Shown here in pieces: positions 1 through 9,714 of a stretch of DNA of 64,000 nt. The position numbers were made by a program, and so were the translations under genes. The stretch's first letter is position 1, and each line of letters begins with the position of its first letter. The notes beneath the pieces were generated by a model that was not told where the DNA came from, did not search any database, and was given only the letters and a program-made list of their open reading frames with translations. Source of the DNA: Candidatus Omnitrophota bacterium (GTDB taxonomy: Bacteria; Omnitrophota; Gorgyraeia; 2-02-FULL-51-18); contig JACPWF010000025.1 of assembly GCA_016197155.1 (NCBI GenBank), forward strand, positions 28,276 through 92,275, in the 5' to 3' direction.

Positions 1-678
1 TGCTTTGCGCGCCACAAAATAGATCCCCAAAGGTCCTGGGAACGGCTTGAGCCGCATCTTTTTCAGGGCGCCAGGCTGATAGGCATAAATCTTCCAAGGA
101 TCGGTGTCATGCCGCTCCGTGTACTGAAAAATGTATGAGGTCTCAATTTTGTAACCGTTGGCGGCATAGAATTCGTAAAAAAAAGTGGGTGAATACATGT
201 AAAAGCCATGGTCCACGTGGTTAGTGGAAGGCGCACCATGAATGACGCGCCCTCCGACTTTCAGCAGGCGATGGATGTTCCTCAACGCCGCGGCCTGGTC
301 AAACACGTGTTCCAGAGTCCCGCCGTCCAAGATCACGTCATAAAAGCCATAAAGCCCCTCGGGAACCGGCAGGTTGAGATCAAGCGTATGCGTGGATTGC
401 TCATAATCCGAAACATCCAAACTGTGCACCGTCTTAAAACCCAGCGCCGAAAAAAAAGTCTGGTCGTCCATGCATCCCCTCTCCGCCAGTTCCGGATGAT
501 GGGACTTATCGACAAAGGCGAGCCCGGCCAGTTTCACCCCATGCCAAGCGGCCCATCGGATCAATTCATCCATGTTGAAGTAAACCAGTTGTCTTCCCAG
601 CTCGAGAATGGAGCCGTTGAATGGACTCTTTTGGGCTTCCGATAAAAGCAGGCGGGCCATCCCCCGCGCGATACCCAT
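1..678 (-). CDS. Class I SAM-dependent methyltransferase-like protein (runs off the window; not in the ORF track)
   Basis: Manual translation from the ATG at 678: MGIARGMARLLLSEAQKSPFNGSILELGRQ...YDVILDGGTLEHVFDQAAALRNIHRLLKVGGRVIHGAPSTNHVDHGFYMYSP. Open to position 1 and abuts the ABC gene stop. Confidence 0.75.
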   Translation of the reverse strand, partial: MGIARGMARLLLSEAQKSPFNGSILELGRQLVYFNMDELIRWAAWHGVKLAGLAFVDKSHHPELAERGCMDDQTFFSALGFKTVHSLDVSDYEQSTHTLDLNLPVPEGLYGFYDVILDGGTLEHVFDQAAALRNIHRLLKVGGRVIHGAPSTNHVDHGFYMYSPTFFYEFYAANGYKIETSYIFQYTERHDTDPWKIYAYQPGALKKMRLKPFPGPLGIYFVARKA

Positions 679-2562
679 TCAGGATATGATCGCCGGTGAA
701 GACTGCCGAACCTGGTCCGCATTGATCGCATCCTTTCGAAAATGGCCTTGTATCTTCCAATATTCGAAAAATGGGCCGCGACTATCCAAAAGTTCGTCGA
801 GGGTCCCTTGCTCCACCACTTGTCCGTTTTCAATCACAACGATCTTATCCGCGTCGGCAATAGTCGAAAGCCGGTGAGCAATTACAATCGCTGTTCGACC
901 TTTGATGCTTTCCGCGATCGCGCTTTGAACTCGTTTCTCCGTCTTTGCATCCATCGCGCTTGTAGCCTCGTCCAATATCAGGATATCCGCGCCCTTTAAG
1001 AGCGCCCGGGCAATCATGACCCGCTGTCTTTCACCACCCGACAGCAAAACCCCCCTGTCTCCCATGAGTGACTCTAGTCCCAACGGCAAGCGCTCAACCA
1101 CCTTCCCAAGCTCGGCCATCCTGATGACTCTTTGAATTTCGTCCTCTGAGATCCCTCTGTCCAGGCCATAACAAAGATTATTCCGAAGCGTGTCATTGAA
1201 AAACATCGGTTCTTGGGCCACAAAGGCGACACGGTCCATGAGAGAACGCCGGCTGAAATCCCGTACGTCTTTGCCGTCCAAAAAAATACTGCCGGGCGGG
1301 CATTCATAAAAACGCATGAGAAGATGAGCAACCGTCGTCTTCCCCGCTCCGGTCGATCCAACAATCGCTGTCGTCTGCCCCTTTTTCAAAGACAGGCTCA
1401 GGTTGCGCAATACGGGAACGTCCGGCAAATAGCCGAAGTTGAGATTCCTGATTTCGATGCTCTCACGCAGAGATTGAAAGGTTTTTGTGCCTTCTGAAAT
1501 GTAGTATTTTTTCTCTTCATTCATGATATAGCGAATATAAACTAGTGTGCCCTCCGCACGGGCCACGGAAATGTTAAATTGTGTGAGAGCCCCGAAAAGC
1601 GGGATGGTTCTCATCGCTACCAAAAAAAAGACAAGATGGGAGGAAACGTTTCGGTGCCCGGAATCCGAAGAAAACTGCATCATGAGAAACGCCACAAATC
1701 CAAGCAAGGCAATTCTGGACAACTCTTGAATGGGCGCAATCAGCAACTCCTTTTTCTTCGCTTCATGATCAAGAAGGATTTGTTTGTCGCTCAATTCCGT
1801 CAGACGGCTCACCTCATCTTTTTCACAAGCATAGGCTTTAACCAGTCCGATAGCTGAAACGACGTTAAACACTCGGAGAGAAAAATCAAGATACGATGTC
1901 TCCTGGGAAAGCGAAGACTCTTTGAGCTGCTGGATCAGCCGCCCAAAGAAAAAATGGTGCACGGGGAAAGTAATCACAAGAAAGAGCGTGAGTTTCCAGG
2001 AAATCCAACACATGAAAAAAAGATAGGCGGCCAGGAGCATCACCTGGCCGAGAAATCGCCGCAGGCTGCCCAGTTGGCCAGTGATGGTTTCGGATCCCCT
2101 GATCATCGTCTTGCTGATGTCACTCACGGCAATACCATCATAAAATTGTTTTCCAAAGGCCAGACACCTGCCAATGATGAGTTTCCGGACGTTGCGGTCC
2201 ACAATTTTGCTTTGTTGATCCATGTTGAGGCTCGAGAAATAAACTAGAAAATTTTTGACAACAAGCGAAATAACGATCGTGGACAAAAGCAGGACAAGAT
2301 AAGAGGCGGGGCTGGAAAATACGCTTGGGAAAAATTTCTGGACGTGTGAAATCAGCCCCAACTTGTCATGGACCGTCGTAAAATTCCCCTCGATAAGTCC
2401 GCGCAGGAATTTGATCAAAAGAGCCATTCCCAACAGATTAAATACGACCGAGAGCGCCGTGCAACCAATGGCTAGAAAGAAATGAATTGGGACTATGCCC
2501 ATGCGGCGGAAGAAATCAACTAGCTCCCGAATTTGAGTCAACGAATTGGATTTACCTTCCAT
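679..2562 (-). CDS. ABC transporter permease/ATP-binding fusion (MsbA/PglK-like glycan or lipid exporter)
   Basis: N-terminal TM helices; Walker A GSTGAGKT, signature LSGGERQR, ILILDEATS, IAHRLST. Confidence 0.9.
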   Translation of the reverse strand: MEGKSNSLTQIRELVDFFRRMGIVPIHFFLAIGCTALSVVFNLLGMALLIKFLRGLIEGNFTTVHDKLGLISHVQKFFPSVFSSPASYLVLLLSTIVISLVVKNFLVYFSSLNMDQQSKIVDRNVRKLIIGRCLAFGKQFYDGIAVSDISKTMIRGSETITGQLGSLRRFLGQVMLLAAYLFFMCWISWKLTLFLVITFPVHHFFFGRLIQQLKESSLSQETSYLDFSLRVFNVVSAIGLVKAYACEKDEVSRLTELSDKQILLDHEAKKKELLIAPIQELSRIALLGFVAFLMMQFSSDSGHRNVSSHLVFFLVAMRTIPLFGALTQFNISVARAEGTLVYIRYIMNEEKKYYISEGTKTFQSLRESIEIRNLNFGYLPDVPVLRNLSLSLKKGQTTAIVGSTGAGKTTVAHLLMRFYECPPGSIFLDGKDVRDFSRRSLMDRVAFVAQEPMFFNDTLRNNLCYGLDRGISEDEIQRVIRMAELGKVVERLPLGLESLMGDRGVLLSGGERQRVMIARALLKGADILILDEATSAMDAKTEKRVQSAIAESIKGRTAIVIAHRLSTIADADKIVVIENGQVVEQGTLDELLDSRGPFFEYWKIQGHFRKDAINADQVRQSSPAIIS

Positions 2563-3259
2563 TCTTTTTTACTCCCACGCCAACCGCCATTAAATAATGG
2601 GCCATCGGATAAAAACCGGTGTGCACAATTTCATCGTTCATCGAGAAAACGAACACATTGTGAAAACACCGTGTCAAAAGTTTTCTCAAACCCTCCGAAT
2701 TCTTCAGATTCACGTGCGCGATCCGACTGCGGGGGCTGGCATACTTGCGAGCTTCCTTGTTGGGAGTGCCCAGAATCAAAATTCCTTGAGGTGCGAGCGA
2801 TTTACAAATATTTCTCACAAAATGCCTTTCCAAAACCCTCGGAATATGCTCGATCACATCCAATGAATACGCCGCATCGAATTTTCGACCTGTCACCCGG
2901 TTTTTTGTAATATCAAGCACCGAAAAACGGCATTTTTTGATCCCCTCATGCCACAAACGATCCTGCGCATCGTGGATCACAAACGGCTCAAGATCTACAC
3001 CATGGACAAAACCAACTGTTTGGAGCATTACCGGGATGCCTATGGCATCGCCGCAGCCCACTTCCAGCACGCGCACGCAACCCGCGAGCATCTTGGCACA
3101 AAACTTGTATCGTGCCAGCAGAAACCCCAGATGCTTTGGATCGCTTCGCCAGATGTTACTGCTCCACGGCCCCAGGTGTGCGGCACCTCTTTGCCGATAG
3201 TCGTCAAGCTGACTATCCTGGGCCAGATGCTGTTTCTGTTTCGCGTCGATCCGGGTCAT
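2552..3259 (-). CDS. Class I SAM-dependent methyltransferase
   Basis: VLEVGCGDA motif I and DAAYSLDVIEHI; start placed at the ATG overlapping the panB stop. Confidence 0.85.
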   Translation of the reverse strand: MTRIDAKQKQHLAQDSQLDDYRQRGAAHLGPWSSNIWRSDPKHLGFLLARYKFCAKMLAGCVRVLEVGCGDAIGIPVMLQTVGFVHGVDLEPFVIHDAQDRLWHEGIKKCRFSVLDITKNRVTGRKFDAAYSLDVIEHIPRVLERHFVRNICKSLAPQGILILGTPNKEARKYASPRSRIAHVNLKNSEGLRKLLTRCFHNVFVFSMNDEIVHTGFYPMAHYLMAVGVGVKKNGR

Positions 3260-4146
3260 TTTGGAGATTCGACGACGTATTTCCACCGGGGATCCGCCAA
3301 CATTCTCTCGAGTTCTTCGTCTTTCAATTCATAAAAATGCTCGCTTGAGGGAAATTTTCCTGTACGCACTTCGGATGCGTACTGTCTCAGCGACTGCTCA
3401 ATCACCCTGCCCACCTCGCAATAGCGCTTGACAAATTTGGACTTGAATTCAAAAAACATGCCTATCAAATCATGCAGAATCACCAGCTGACCGTCCACCT
3501 GATCGCCGGCGCCGATGCCGTAAACCGGGATTTTTAAATTTTTGGCGACATAGCCGGCCGATTCCCGCGGCATCGCCTCGAGCAATAAAAGCCGGCAACC
3601 GGCCTCTTGCAGAGCGATCGCCTGCTCCAATATCCTGTCGGTTTCTTTCTTTGTCTTTCCCTGCACACGGTAGCCGCTTAGCATGGCCCGCGTTTGAGGT
3701 GTCAGACCCAGATGGCTCATCACGACAATGCCGGCGTCGGCAATCGCTTTGACCCGGTCCACCATGGCGCCTTCGACCTTCACCGCATCGCAGCCCCCTT
3801 CCTGCAAAAACCGGCCCGCATTGCGCACGGCAATTTCGTTGGAGACCTGGTAGGACATGAAAGGCATGTCCCCGATCTGCATGGCCTTTTTGTTGGCCCG
3901 CCAAACACCTCGGCAATGGCTGATCATGTCCTCCATCGTGACGGCAATGGTCGTCTTGTAGCCAAGTGTCGTCATCCCTAGCGAATCTCCCACCAGCACG
4001 ATATCCACTCCGGCGCGGTCGGCCAACAACGCCTCCGGATAAGTGTACGCGGTAACGGCCACCACTTTTTCTTTTTCTTCTTTTTTTCTCTCAAGCGTCA
4101 CCAGCGTTGTGCGCGGCCTGTCCATCGGACCGGAATTTTCTAGCAT
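3256..4146 (-). CDS. panB: 3-methyl-2-oxobutanoate hydroxymethyltransferase (PanB family)
   Basis: TAYTY, LVGDSLGM, GDMPFMSY, AVKVEG, HLGLTPQ, GIGAG, DGQLVILHDLIG motifs. Confidence 0.9.
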   Translation of the reverse strand: MLENSGPMDRPRTTLVTLERKKEEKEKVVAVTAYTYPEALLADRAGVDIVLVGDSLGMTTLGYKTTIAVTMEDMISHCRGVWRANKKAMQIGDMPFMSYQVSNEIAVRNAGRFLQEGGCDAVKVEGAMVDRVKAIADAGIVVMSHLGLTPQTRAMLSGYRVQGKTKKETDRILEQAIALQEAGCRLLLLEAMPRESAGYVAKNLKIPVYGIGAGDQVDGQLVILHDLIGMFFEFKSKFVKRYCEVGRVIEQSLRQYASEVRTGKFPSSEHFYELKDEELERMLADPRWKYVVESPK

Positions 4147-5954
4147 AGCGTTTTACTCCCTTTTAGTCTTTCTTTCTCCACTAATGTTGAGAACGCCTTT
4201 TCAATCTCCTTTAATTCCTCGGATCCGAGCTTGGGGTCCAAATCTTCGAGCGAGCCTCCAAATTTCAGCATCGGGACAATCCTTTGGTTTGGGAATATTT
4301 CCACGTTGCACAAGACGGGCCCCTGGCTTTGAAGGGCCTCACGGATCTGCCGACTCATTTTGGCGTGATCGCAGATATTCACGGTTTTCATGCCAAACGC
4401 CTGGCCGCTTTTCAAAAAATCGGGAAAGGCCAGACCGGTCGGTTCATCCACTCCTTCATACCGGGAATCCAGCCAGGTGTCCAGCGTCTGTTTTTGAATG
4501 CCGTGCCCATGGTTATTGAAAATGAAAACCGTGACAGGCAGGTGATGCCGGACCAGTGTCGCCAGTTCAGCCAGGCACATCATGATCCCGCCGTCACCGA
4601 TGATGCACAGGACGCGGCGATGACCCGCCGCCAGCGCCGCACCGATGCTCGCCGGCAGGGAATACCCCATCGGCGAATGGTTCCAGGCCGAAAAAAGACG
4701 CTGGCCGGGCTTGACGCGCCAGGCCTGCATCGTCCAGCTTAAATTTCCCCCGGCGTCGGTGATCACGATATCGTTTTCGCCGGATTGCTTCGAAAGCTCC
4801 TCCACAAACAGGTAGGCGTCCACACTGTCCGTTTTTTCAGACAGCCCGTCTGGTGCAATTGGAAACCGGCGCCGTAAGAGGCGGATAAAATCCAGCCAAT
4901 GATCGCGTTCCGAAGCCCGCACGGAAAAATCAACGGAAGAACAGTTTTGAAAAAATTCCCGGATACCGCTTTGAATCGGCAGATCCACCTTCACGCCGCA
5001 AGGGGCAAACTTTGCAAATTCTTCGGCGTCGATATCCACCACCGCCTTGCGTGCGTCCGGGGCGAAAAGCTCCTGCCTGCCGCCCGTGATCATTTGAGAG
5101 AGCCGGGTTCCCACCGCCAAAATCAGATCCGCCCTCTGGACCGTGAAGTTGCCCGCGCGCGGTCCGCACACGCCCAGCCCTCCCGCGCTGATCGGGTGGT
5201 CATACGGTATCAAATCGGCCCCACCCCATGTCAATAGGACCGGGATCCCTAATCGGTTGGCAAAATCAATCGCTTCTCTCTCAGCCTTTGCCAAACGGAT
5301 ACCCGCGCCATAAATGAGGACCGGACGCCGGCTTTGCTTCACCAAGGCGCATAATTTCTCCGGCCAATCGAATAACGGGGTTAGGCCCTGGGTCGAAGGC
5401 CCCGGCGCCTCAAACCGCTCCAATTTTTCAGGATCCACATCCACCCGCTGAACATCATCCGGAATGTCCAAAAGCACGGGGCCCGGACGGCCCGAACGCG
5501 CCAGCCAAAGCGCTTTTTCAAGCTCGTAGCGGATCAACGCCGGATCCTCAACCAAAACGGCATATTTGGTGACCGGTTTGAAAATGGAAACCACGTCCGT
5601 CTCCTGGAAACCTTTTTGCCTCAAACACCCGTTTTTCTTCAGACGGAAACGGGCCACCTGGCCGGTGAGAAAAAGTGAAGGGATAGAATCAAAATAAGCG
5701 CAACAGACGCCCGTGAGAAGGTTGGTGGCGCCCGGGCCGCTGGTCGTGATGGCCACGCCGAGGTTACCCGTGATTCGTGAATAGGCGTCCGCGGCCATCG
5801 CGGCGGCCTGTTCGTGTTGCGGACAAATGTACCGGAGGGAAGGGTGCCTGGCCACCGAATCCACCAAATGAATCGCGGCCCCGCCGGAAATCAAGAACAC
5901 GTGCCTGACTCCCTGACGCGCGATGAAATCGGCAACGTAGTCGGACAGTTTCAT
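4140..5954 (-). CDS. Thiamine diphosphate-dependent enzyme, acetolactate synthase-like (IlvB/YerE type)
   Basis: HEQAAAMAADAY, TTSGPGATN, GFQETD, IIGDGG...NN ThDP motif; start MKLSDY. Confidence 0.9.
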   Translation of the reverse strand: MKLSDYVADFIARQGVRHVFLISGGAAIHLVDSVARHPSLRYICPQHEQAAAMAADAYSRITGNLGVAITTSGPGATNLLTGVCCAYFDSIPSLFLTGQVARFRLKKNGCLRQKGFQETDVVSIFKPVTKYAVLVEDPALIRYELEKALWLARSGRPGPVLLDIPDDVQRVDVDPEKLERFEAPGPSTQGLTPLFDWPEKLCALVKQSRRPVLIYGAGIRLAKAEREAIDFANRLGIPVLLTWGGADLIPYDHPISAGGLGVCGPRAGNFTVQRADLILAVGTRLSQMITGGRQELFAPDARKAVVDIDAEEFAKFAPCGVKVDLPIQSGIREFFQNCSSVDFSVRASERDHWLDFIRLLRRRFPIAPDGLSEKTDSVDAYLFVEELSKQSGENDIVITDAGGNLSWTMQAWRVKPGQRLFSAWNHSPMGYSLPASIGAALAAGHRRVLCIIGDGGIMMCLAELATLVRHHLPVTVFIFNNHGHGIQKQTLDTWLDSRYEGVDEPTGLAFPDFLKSGQAFGMKTVNICDHAKMSRQIREALQSQGPVLCNVEIFPNQRIVPMLKFGGSLEDLDPKLGSEELKEIEKAFSTLVEKERLKGSKTLC

Positions 5955-6739
5955 CGCAATCCCGGCTCCACAAAAAAATGCCGGCTTTGGCCGCCATCGA
6001 CTGGAATAATAGCTCCTTGGCAAAATTCAGCCAAGTCCGAACATAGAAACACAACCATCGCCGCAACGTTTTCAGGCGTTCCAAAACGGCCAAGCGGGCA
6101 ACGTTCGGATAGATATTTTTTGACGTGCGCTGGACGTTCTCTAACTGCCTTGTCCCAATAACCCCCCTCGGTGAATACCGCCCCCGGCAAAACCGCGGAC
6201 ATCACGACTCCGTCCTTGGCCAGCACGCGCCCCATGCTACGCGAGTAAGCCGCCAACGCCGCCTTCGAAGTACAATAAGTCACGGGGCCGTTATTTTCCA
6301 TCGAAGAAGTTGAGCCAATATGAACGATACGACCCCATTTTTTCTTTTTCATTGCCGGAATAAAAATCTGATCCAGTTCAATTGCGATTTCCAGATTGCA
6401 ACGTAGCACCCTCCGCCAATCGCTCATCGAGCAAAAAGGATCGGTGATCTCGAGCGTCGATCCAAGATTATGCACCACCATATCCAAAGCCCCAAAATTT
6501 TTCTTAAGCCGGTGCGACAAAATGGCCGGCGCCTTGTCGGACATAAGATCCAGGGATTCACCGTAATGACCCTCTCCATACCGGCTCATTTCGTGGACTA
6601 GTGAGTGCACATCAGATTTTGTACGGGAAAATACGGAAACCTTAACCCCTTCCCTCGCCAAAGCGATCGCAATCCCGCGGCCGATCCCGCGGCCGGCGCC
6701 CGTCACAAGAGCAAGTTTTCCTTTAATTCCCAATTCCAT
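5951..6739 (-). CDS. SDR family oxidoreductase
   Basis: TGAGRGIG Rossmann motif and YCTSK catalytic YxxxK. Confidence 0.9.
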   Translation of the reverse strand: MELGIKGKLALVTGAGRGIGRGIAIALAREGVKVSVFSRTKSDVHSLVHEMSRYGEGHYGESLDLMSDKAPAILSHRLKKNFGALDMVVHNLGSTLEITDPFCSMSDWRRVLRCNLEIAIELDQIFIPAMKKKKWGRIVHIGSTSSMENNGPVTYCTSKAALAAYSRSMGRVLAKDGVVMSAVLPGAVFTEGGYWDKAVRERPAHVKKYLSERCPLGRFGTPENVAAMVVFLCSDLAEFCQGAIIPVDGGQSRHFFVEPGLR

Positions 6740-6756
6740 TATTCACCTTTGGACCA

Positions 6757-7731
6757 TCAGGCGTAAACATTTGATACATCCTGGTTTTCCCCGGCAAGCC
6801 ACTGATACTCTTGTTTCCAATGCAAATTCCACCTCGCGTCAGCCTGGCCGGGCGCGGCGGACCTGCTCAAGAAGTGCGCGGCGATATCCATGAGCCGGGG
6901 ATCTTTTTCCTGAGGAGAAAGTCCGCTGAAAACCCGGGAAGCTCCGAGTCTATCCCCCAACCAGGCCAGATTGATCCCATTGCACAAATTCAAAGACTTT
7001 TCGATCGCGTCAAAAAGCCGCTTGGCCGTCGGTGAGGCGTTTCGGACCTGAGACGCGGGGACAAAACGGAAATTAAAACTCAATCGCCTCCGCGACCGAG
7101 GTTTGGTCGCGCCATGAACCGTTTGAGGATCAAACACGAGCGCGTCGCCCTGTTTCAATGCGTACTGAACGATCTCGCTTTTTAGAAGCGGGTCGACTTC
7201 ATGTGCCTTACTTAGATATTCGTTTAGATTGTAGCGGTTTTTCTCCCCTTTCAAGGGAGCCGGGACAACATCCGAGACGTGCGTGGAGAAACCGCAGAGA
7301 CCGCCTGTTGACTCATTGATCTCTTCGAGCGGGACCCATATTGAAAACCCAAAAACACCATAGGCAGTGTCGTAGTGAGGTTCGGTGTATAGGAAAGCCT
7401 TCTCATGTTCTTTGGACAAGAAAACACCTGGCTGACAAAACCTCAGATAAAACAAAGGGCAAAGCATAAAATCCTCCCGGCTTCCATGGAAATCCCTCAG
7501 CTGAGGCGCCAAATAGTCCTTGATCCTCAGCAGGATCGCCGTTGACGCAAAACGAAACGTGACAATCCTCGAAACAACGGATTCTTTCTGGTGAATGCCG
7601 TTAAACTCCTCGCGTGTCCGGTTGCTGAAGTAATCCTTGTAAACGTCCTCCGAGGTCTTGTCCGCCGCATGGCGCAGCTCTTCCACAAAACTCTGCGGAA
7701 ACACACCTTTCAATAATCGCATTTGGCCCAT
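6757..7731 (-). CDS. 2OG-Fe(II) dioxygenase, PhyH-like
   Basis: HxD (PHYD), IWVPL, TGGL, GDALVFD..VHG distal His, RLSFNFRF; start moved to ATG 7731. Confidence 0.7.
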   Translation of the reverse strand: MGQMRLLKGVFPQSFVEELRHAADKTSEDVYKDYFSNRTREEFNGIHQKESVVSRIVTFRFASTAILLRIKDYLAPQLRDFHGSREDFMLCPLFYLRFCQPGVFLSKEHEKAFLYTEPHYDTAYGVFGFSIWVPLEEINESTGGLCGFSTHVSDVVPAPLKGEKNRYNLNEYLSKAHEVDPLLKSEIVQYALKQGDALVFDPQTVHGATKPRSRRRLSFNFRFVPASQVRNASPTAKRLFDAIEKSLNLCNGINLAWLGDRLGASRVFSGLSPQEKDPRLMDIAAHFLSRSAAPGQADARWNLHWKQEYQWLAGENQDVSNVYA

Positions 7732-8969
7732 CACCACACCCCCGCGGGTAAAAAAACGGATTTGGGTCCGAGACCAAGCAGACGCCGCATGATAGGGCGA
7801 GCGCTGTCTAACGCCGTGATCAGGATATTGGCCGACCCCCATAAAATGCCCGGCCAGGGTTTGCGTATTTTCACCGCCAACGCCGGATAACACAAACCAT
7901 CCCGCCCGGGATCATCGTCCAGAATACATTCCAAAAAACCCAAGTCGCTCTTTAGATGATAGGCCAATGTCGGAACCATTTGTGCGCCCCCGTAGCCGTA
8001 CAGCGGCCCGCCCACATTTTGAACAAAATCCACGGTTTGCTCCATTCTTTGTTTGAACAAATCATGACGATGTCTGACCTGAGCGGCACTGGGAACCGGG
8101 GAGTTCGGCGGGAATACCCCTCCCGAACCGCTTTTTCCCTTCTCGAAAGCGATCAGCAAAGTGCCGTTCCAATATTGATGATTAAAAGTGTGGGCGACGT
8201 AACGCCCCCCTACGGCCTCAATCAAGCGGCAAAAGGATGCGACGCTGAAATATTGTAAATGCTGATGAAAGACCTGATCGAACCGCGAAGCGGCCAAAAG
8301 GGTCTCAAACGCCGGCACCTCGATCACAAAGAGCGCCCGGTCTGAGGCATATTTCACCCATGCCTCCAGAACCTTCCGCGGATCGGCCATGTGTTCAAAC
8401 GTGTGCGCGGAAATCACAAGATCCGGCCGATCACCCATTTCGTTCTTCAAATCCACCTCGTCGGCAAATTTCCCCAAGACGCGGATCTTCCCTTCTTTTA
8501 AAGGCCTGTCTTTCCAGATGGGATCGATACCGACCAGCCGCTTCGCTTTTGTTTGAATTTTTTTCAAAAGATACAAATCATTGCAGCCGATTTCGGCAAC
8601 CGTATGGAACGTTCTTCTTGCGAGAAATCCCTTTAGAAATGAATAAAAGAAATCGTTGCCCTGCCTGGCGATCGCGCTACGCGAGCTTCGATGGGAGTAC
8701 GTCTGGACATACAAATATTCGGGATCAATCACGTTTGAGAGTTGCGCATGCCCGCAATCTTCGCAGAGCGCTAGCATCTGGTCAAAAACCGGATAACATT
8801 CGGGACGGGGCCGGTCCACGTAAATGCCAGTCAGAGGGAATTGGGGAAGATCCAATACGGGTTCCAGATTCGCGCCGTGGCATACCGAACAACCGTTGTT
8901 ACGTAAAAACCGGATACGCGAAGCCGCTGGCGCCGTGCCTAAAGGGGGATCAGTTTGAACAGTTATCAT
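7731..8969 (-). CDS. NDP-sugar C-methyltransferase-like (Zn-binding N-terminus, SAM domain)
   Basis: CSVC...CEDCGHAQL Zn site, EIGCND, HTFEH, DQVFHQHLQYFS, YGYGG C-terminal domain. Confidence 0.8.
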   Translation of the reverse strand: MITVQTDPPLGTAPAASRIRFLRNNGCSVCHGANLEPVLDLPQFPLTGIYVDRPRPECYPVFDQMLALCEDCGHAQLSNVIDPEYLYVQTYSHRSSRSAIARQGNDFFYSFLKGFLARRTFHTVAEIGCNDLYLLKKIQTKAKRLVGIDPIWKDRPLKEGKIRVLGKFADEVDLKNEMGDRPDLVISAHTFEHMADPRKVLEAWVKYASDRALFVIEVPAFETLLAASRFDQVFHQHLQYFSVASFCRLIEAVGGRYVAHTFNHQYWNGTLLIAFEKGKSGSGGVFPPNSPVPSAAQVRHRHDLFKQRMEQTVDFVQNVGGPLYGYGGAQMVPTLAYHLKSDLGFLECILDDDPGRDGLCYPALAVKIRKPWPGILWGSANILITALDSARPIMRRLLGLGPKSVFLPAGVW

Positions 8970-9687
8970 AGATCGTTACCGAGGCCTTTTTTTGCAACAG
9001 ATGGTTGTATTCGGCCTGCCAGAGTTCGCCAAATTTCACATGCTTCCATTTATCAAACCACGGGCCGCCGCGCGTGAAATGAATGGCCTTGGGAATTTCG
9101 TCCGGAACGGCCCTGCTCCAACCCTCAAGCCAATTCCAAGTCTCCGGAAGCGCGCCGATCTCGGAATCTTTGAGCCATTGGAAACGGTGTAAAAAAGCGC
9201 CTGTTTCACGATTCACGGCCTCCGGGGTCAAAACACCGTTGGATGGGTAGGCACAATTCCAAAGCACGAGGCTGGACCAATTTTTCCGCGGATAAACCGT
9301 TTGAAGCGCGCCGTCCATTTTCGTCCGCTCCGGCGGACGATGGTCATGCTGGACACACATCACGGCGCACCGCGGATCGGCCATGGCGAAAAGCTCGGCG
9401 ACATCGGCCGTGAACAAAAAATCGCAGTCCACAAACAATGCCCAACCCCGGTAGTCGGCCAAAAAAGGCGTCAAAAAGCGGGTATACGTGAACTCCGTCG
9501 AGGCCAGAGGATCCTTGGACCGCGCGTATAGTCCCCCATGCCGAAGTTCTTCCTGTTTGAGAGGGGTGACATCAAGCGGCCGGCTCGAGTACCTGCGAAG
9601 AGACGCCAGACAAACGTCGTAGGCCACTTCCTCGCGGCTGTCCCAACCGATAAAAATTCTCAGTGCCTTCTTCATCAATCCGTCCAT
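8950..9687 (-). CDS. Glycosyltransferase, GT8-like, similar to plant CDI proteins
   Basis: IFIGWDSRE, STEFTYTRFL, FVDCDFL (DxD), YPRKNWSS, FLHRFQWL, HFTRGGPW. Confidence 0.8.
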   Translation of the reverse strand: MDGLMKKALRIFIGWDSREEVAYDVCLASLRRYSSRPLDVTPLKQEELRHGGLYARSKDPLASTEFTYTRFLTPFLADYRGWALFVDCDFLFTADVAELFAMADPRCAVMCVQHDHRPPERTKMDGALQTVYPRKNWSSLVLWNCAYPSNGVLTPEAVNRETGAFLHRFQWLKDSEIGALPETWNWLEGWSRAVPDEIPKAIHFTRGGPWFDKWKHVKFGELWQAEYNHLLQKKASVTIYDNCSN

Positions 9688-9714
9688 GATATAACAGGAT
9701 CGATAAACCTGCAA

